Made by a program: the position numbers and the translations under genes
From: Mesotaenium endlicherianum
Taxonomy: Eukaryota
Direction of reading: 5' to 3'
NCBI GenBank assembly: GCA_009602735.1
Contig: WELA01003517.1
Location: 472,001-511,374, forward strand
DNA: 39,374 bases
Notes under the pieces: model-generated
What the model saw: the letters and a program-made list of their open reading frames with translations, nothing else
Told to the model about the DNA's origin: nothing
Database searches by the model: none
Part shown: positions 33,697 to 39,374 of the stretch, piece after piece
How positions within the stretch are numbered: the stretch's first letter is position 1
Layout of the letters: each line of letters opens with the position of its first letter

Positions 33697-36520
33697 GGCC
33701 TCGCGTCGCCAAGACGAACCTGCATGTCAAGGTTAGGAAGGTGGCATGGTCCACAATTCTTTGTGTGGTCCTTGTGAAGACGGCCATCTGCGCCTTCCAG
33801 CTCCAGAACTCCTGACGCCAAGACACGCCTGACGCGTAGGATGACGGGCGAGCTGCTGGTGTCGAGAGTGTTCTTCGTCTGGCGTCGCAGGTACACAAAG
33901 TCACCTGCGAAGAACTGCAACACTCGCGGGCGATAGGCTCCTCCACGGGTCATGGCATACCTCAGTGTGTCGCGGTGCTGAGCAATGCTGAGGTTGTCTA
34001 TGGCCATGGGCATCATGCGTCGAAAGAGCTGTGCACGGTGCCCAATAAGAGCGCTCCACGTCTCGGGACTGTCCAAGTCCAAAACGTTCTCGGCCACGGT
34101 TCTGGCTGCTGCGGGCAGGACCGGCTGTCGGCCGTAGAGAAGGAAGTAGGGAGAATGCAAGGCCAAGGAGGCCTGCTTACTGAACTTGTACCCCATAGCC
34201 AACCATGGGAGGGCGTCGTCCCAGTGGGTGCTGTCGTGGGCCAGGCAGTACTTCCGCAGCCCAAGCTTGACGGTCTGCACCATGCGCTCTGCGAGGCCGT
34301 CAGCCTGGGGATGGTCGCGGGAGGTGGTGCGGTGGTCGATCATCGAGCGCTCTAGCAGCTCTTGAAAGCTGCCCTGGAACTCTTTGCCTTGGTCAGTGAG
34401 GACCTCAGCGCAGCCGCCAAAGCGGCTAAGGACTTGTTTGAGGAAAGCCTGAGCAATCCCCTCACTGGCCTTGCTGGGCAGCGGCACAAGCTCGACCCAT
34501 TTGGACATGTGCTCGATCATCACCAAGACATAGAGGTGGCCTCGGCGAGACTTGGGCAGCTCCCCAGCCAAGTCGAGCGACCACCTGTAGAACAGCCCTT
34601 CAATAGGGAGAGGGCTGAGAGCGACGGTGCGGGCTGTGAAGCTTAAGCGCACCCGGTCGCAAAGTGTGAAGCTGCTGACGACGTCGGCGACAACCTTAGT
34701 CATGCCGTGCCACCAGTACTCAGCTTGGAGGAGGCTGAGAGTGCGCTTAACACCAAAGTGTCCAAGCGTCTCGTGCACACGTCGCACCAGCTGGCTGCGT
34801 ATAGCGGGCTCAGGGACCACCAGGACAGAGCCGTCCGCCATCACTCGCCGCATGCGCCCCTCCATGAAGACGAAATCCCGGCTACGCTTGAGGACGCGGT
34901 CACGCTCACGCGCACTAATGCCTGGGACCAACTCCTTGGCCGTGACGTACTGCAGCACCGGGGTGTCGTCCCACACGTCCTCGGGCCCGCGCTGCCAGCT
35001 GTCCCGCTCCTCAGCTGCTGCCAAGGCGAGTCGTCGAGTGGTGACAGTCACCATGTCTAGGCTAGTGAGCCCTGCGGGCCGCACGTCGTCGTCAACGGTG
35101 AAGGCCAAGAATGCCGCTGCGTGTGAGGCCACTGGCTCATCCTCATCGTGGCGGGCTACCGTGAGGTCTCGCGAAGAGGGCAGCGAGTTGCGGTTGAGGC
35201 CATCAGCGTCCAGGTTCGTGGACCCTGGACGATGATGCACGTCAAAGGTGTACTCCTGCAAGATGAGCGCCCACCATGCGTACTTGCCCGTCAGGCGCTC
35301 CGACGTCATGAGCCACTTGAGTGGCTGATGGTCGGTGACCAAGCGGAAGTGGGTGCCGTAGGGATAGTGCCTGAAATGCACAATTGCCCATATTGCTACC
35401 AGGCACTCCGACTCATAGGAGCCGTAGTTGCCCTTGGCACGGTTGTTGCTGCGGCTGGCGTACGCCACCACATGCTCGAAGCCGTCATGCTCCTGCACCA
35501 GCACTGCTCCAAGCCCTGCCTGCGACCAGTCGGTGTGGAGGATGAAGGGCTTCTGATAGTCAAGCCGCCGTAGTACTGGGGCGCACACCAACAGCTCTTT
35601 GAGCTTGTCAAACGCTGCCTGCTGCTCTGGTCCCCATACGTAGGCAACGCCCTTGCGTAGCAAGTCGTTGAGCGGCTTGGCCAGCTCGCTGAACCCAGGC
35701 ACAAAGCGGCGATAGTAGTTGGCGATGCCAAGGAAGGCCCTCAGCTGCGAGAGGATCGGCGGCGGCGGGATGCCTGTGATGGCCGAGATCTTGGCCAGCT
35801 GAGGAGCCAAACCACTCGAAGACAGAAGATGCCCGAGGTACTCCACCTCCCGGGTCCCAAAGGTGCACTTGCCTGGATGACACTTGAGCCCAACGGCCTC
35901 CAAGCGGTCCAGAACTGTAGTGATATGCGCCACGTGCTCCTCAAACGTCTCACTGAAGACGAGCACGTCATCGATGTAGCACCGGGCGAAGGAGAGCCCT
36001 GCCAGCTCCTTATCCATGACTTGCTGGAAGATGGCAGGAGCGTTCTTCAATCCGAAGGGCATAACCCTCCACTCGTAGAGACGCTGCGATCTCCAAGAAG
36101 CCGTCTTATGCTGGTCCTCCTCCGCAATGGGTATCTGGTTGAAGCCCTGCCTCAAATCCAGCACCGAGAACCAAGTACAAGCGCCGATGTCGTCGAAGAT
36201 CTCGTCAGGGGTCGGCATAGGGTGTCTGTCCTGCTTAGTGACCTTGTTAAGCTTACGATAGTCACCGCACATCCTCTTCTCAGACCAGTTGCCTGAGGCG
36301 TCCTTCTTAGCTGGCATGACTGTGAGCGCAGCGTAGGTGGAGGCAGACTCACGAATGAGCTGACACTCCTCTAGCTTCTGCGTGCTGATCAGGTCGTCCT
36401 CAAAGCGGCTGTAGCGATAGCGCTTCTGGAAGATGGGCACGTCTGTCTGGAGGGGTATCCTCATAGGGTCGCCTGTGTAGCGCCCAAGATCGTGCATGCC
36501 GCTGGCAAAGTTGGCACTGT
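33579..36520 (-). CDS. pol: Element E: Ty3/gypsy pol (RT-RNaseH-integrase) with a C-terminal partial PHD finger; 5' part displaced by element D
   Basis: About 980 open codons with MCGDYRKLN, MPFGLKNAP, YIDD, TDWS, HETLGH...CDR, SLD/TDQG/AER, then CQIC...LLCDSC...FHIDCLDPP. Its LTRs could not be defined. Confidence 0.92.
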
Positions 36521-37083
36521 TGTAATGAATCAGTATATTGGTTGACACAATATTCATTTAAATACTATAGTTAAATAAGTTCAGCCTACTGAACTCCAGT
36601 TAATGATCAGTCTGCTGGACTTCATATTTAATTCAGTTTAATGACTCGGCCGGAAGCAGCAGGTTGATGACAGCTTAAGTCAGCTTACTGACACATTCTT
36701 TGACAGCCAGCTGACTTCCGTACTCGGTAGCAGCGAACTGCCTCGATATGCATCTAAGTGTGGTATGCTAGATGAATGGCCAGATGACATCCCTATGATG
36801 GATGGCGATTCGGGATGATGGGAGATGGCGGTGGATTTGGTTAATTGAGGTCCTACCAACGTGGTTAACTCCCGGGTAGGCGGTGCCATCGCACTAACCG
36901 TTGAACAGTAACCTCATTCCATGTACATATGCTAGGCATTGCTCTCGAGTTCGGCATTCGAAAACGAGGCCAACTCTCTTGTAAAGCTTACTGAGAGAGA
37001 TCTGAATCCAAGGCGAGAAGCCATTGATACGCACTGTCTTCTAAACCTTGCTTATGTATGAGTTTACTAATTTGTATTATTGA
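36521..37083 (+). repeat. Element D 5' LTR, 3'-truncated
   Basis: Aligns with the first ~560 bp of the B/C LTRs. Confidence 0.93.
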
Positions 37084-39114
37084 CCCTTAAAGATGCCCTT
37101 TGTTCTGCCCCAGTGCTAGCCGTGTATGACCCCAGCAAACCGGTGCAGGTGGTTACTGATGCCTCTGATTTTGCCATAGGTGCTATTTTGTTGCAGCCTG
37201 CTGACAAAACCACAAAGGATGGTAAGGTACGGCAGGAGTGGCATCCTGTGTTGTATGAGTCTATGAAACTTAATCCAGCGGAGATTAATTACTCAGTGCA
37301 TGATAGAGAGCTGCTAGCTATCATTCATGTACTCAAACAGTGGAGAGCATACTTATATGGTAAAGCTTTTAAGGTGATTACAGATCATCTAGCTCTGACC
37401 CACTTTCAGAAGAAGTCCAAGCTGTCGAGGAGGGAGAACCGCTGGAGCCAGATGCTGGAGCAGTTCCAAGTCCAGATCGACTACAAACCAGGGAAGTTGA
37501 ATCCTGCTGATGCACTCTCTAGAAGACCTGACTTGCAAGAAAGGAACTTTAGTCAGCATACTGTAGATAAAGTCCTGTGTGCACTCACTTCACTAAAGGT
37601 GAAAAAGTCCTTCTTTGAACAACTTAGGAAAGCCTACCTTTCTGACCCAACATTTGAGCCCAGCCCCACTTCTAGTATGTGTCGTGCTACCGCACTCGGG
37701 TATAAGCTCAAGGGAGGGGTCTGGGTGACTGAAACCACTTCGGGGAGGCTGAAGCTGGTCATTCCTAATAATTTGGAAATAAGGTCTCTCTTACTGAGTC
37801 AAGCTCATGACAGTCTCCTGGGTGGACATTTGGGGCAGGCCAAAACTGTTGGCAAACTGGCAAAACATTATCATTGGGAGGGGTTACCCCGGGAGGTCTT
37901 GAAATATGTCAAGTCCTGTGACCAGTGTCAGAGAAATAAGTCTCGGCACACACCACCCGGAGGTCTCCTGCAACCGCTACCCATCCCAGCGGGACGCTGG
38001 GAAACTATATCCATGGACTGGGTGGTCTCACTACCAAGAACTGCCAACGGGCATGATTCAATACTGGAAGTCGTGGATAAACTGACAAAAATGGTCATTT
38101 TTATCCCCACAACTGTCAAAGTGACTGCACTCGAAACAGCGAGACAGTTTTACAACCATGTAGTATGCCAACATGGGCTCCCTTCTAATATCATCTCAGA
38201 CAGAGACTCAAAATTCACCTCTAAGTTCTGGAGAGCTTTAATGGGGTTAATGGGAGTCAAACAGCTGCTCAGCACAGCAAACCACCCTCAGACTGATGGG
38301 CAGACTGAAAGAACTAACCGAGTTCTGCAGGAAGTGCTGAGAGCATATATTAACCAAAAACAAGATAATTGGGATGACCTGTTGCCTCAAATTCAGTTTG
38401 CGGTCAACAGTGCGGTGCACGCGTCAACGGGCAAAACTCCTTTTGAACTCAGCCTGGGTAGAGTCCCTAAGTCTCCTCTAGATGTGCTAGGGGAATCTTT
38501 AACTCACCTTGAAGGGATTGACAACCCGGTCTCCCTCCAGTTAACTCAGGAGTTTGCTGACACCCTGTCAGAAGTCCAACGAAACTTGCACACGGCCCAA
38601 GAAAACCAACAAAAATACGCTAATCAATACCGTCGGGAACTGACATTATCCAAGGGGGATTTAGTCAAACTGCATTCTCAGCACCTGTACCTCCCTGGGG
38701 TGGTCAAGAAAAAGCTTGGCCCTGTCTGGGTCGGTCCATATTCGGTGGTCCGTCGTGTCGGTCAGAATGCTTACAAACTGAACATGTCAGCTGAATACAA
38801 GGGGCACCCGGTCTTTAATGTCTCCTTCCTGGAACCGTACATCAAAGGTGATACACTGTTCACAGGTCGGTTCCCTGTCCAACCGGGACCTGTCCCCGCT
38901 GTCCGGGACGGCGACCCTGAGGAATATGAGGTCGATGAGATTTTAGACGCTCGCTCGGTCCGTCGATCGTCTAAATATGTCATGAAATACCTCATTCGAT
39001 GGAAGGGTTACGATGCCTCTGGGGACACTTGGGAGTTTAATTAAGGACCACTTGACCAATGCCAAAGGGGCATTGACACAATTCCACCTTCGGGCCGCTG
39101 GAGTCCCTCCATAA
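37084..39114 (+). pseudogene. pol: Element D pol fragment: RNaseH-integrase-chromodomain
   Basis: Open for about 650 codons with intact TDAS, HHCC and D-D-E motifs. A TTAA duplication at 39037-39044 truncates the chromodomain end. Confidence 0.92.
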
Positions 39115-39374
39115 CTGTCATTTCAGTTGACACGGGAAGGTGACATGCGGTCCTGTCTCCATTTAGGTTGGAGGGGAAAGTATATGACAGTTAGTGAGCG
39201 AGAGCGATAAAAGAACAGTTACGTGAACCCTAAGTGTCAACATAATGACAGAGGGGACAACCTGGCCCACATAACGCACCTTGAGCAGAAGGAAAAAGGG
39301 CCTCGCATAACACTACATCACTTAACTCACCCTAAAACACACTCATACGTTTATGTGTAGCGCATCGCAACTAC

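Larger units (their letters stand above)
36521..39374 (+). mobile_element. Element D: internally deleted B-family copy inserted into E; runs off the window
   Basis: LTR start TGTAATGAATC at 36521. The LTR is fused at 37082-37083 to the RT/RNaseH linker. Post-pol sequence is the C type. Confidence 0.92.

Noticed and set aside
36521..36557. N-terminus [12 protein letters not shown] of the 992-aa track ORF
   Set aside because: It is antisense LTR sequence of element D read through by chance.
39037..39044. TTAA duplication as a piggyBac footprint
   Set aside because: piggyBac normally excises precisely and no element remains. Slippage or repair duplication is simpler.

Overview
Eukaryotic DNA, probably from a green plant or streptophyte alga (inferred from a plant-type YAK1 gene and tRNA-iMet-type primer-binding sites). 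The assembly is gappy. Bases 1-3.9 kb hold the 5' exons of a minus-strand DYRK-family kinase (YAK1), and the gene continues off the left edge. From 7.5 kb onward the window is mostly nested Ty3/gypsy LTR retrotransposons. Chromovirus A (7547-30230, +, TSD ATAGT) is split inside its integrase zinc finger by chromovirus B (11732-28474, +). B is split inside RT by an inverted copy of its own family, C (15158-23906, -, TSD TAAGG). A GC-rich gypsy pol with a C-terminal PHD finger (E, 33579-36520, -) is interrupted by a third B-family copy, D (36521 to the end, +), which lacks PBS, gag, PR and RT. The best candidate for an undescribed system is in family B/C/D. After pol these elements carry a ~550-aa extra ORF with no env features, in a cassette bounded by duplicated polypurine tracts (PPTs). 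The ORF occurs as two deeply diverged versions (about 45% identity in the core by hand alignment) on near-identical gag/pol backbones. The family also shows candidate splice signals for the ORF, a -1 frameshift signal and an array of palindromes in U3.
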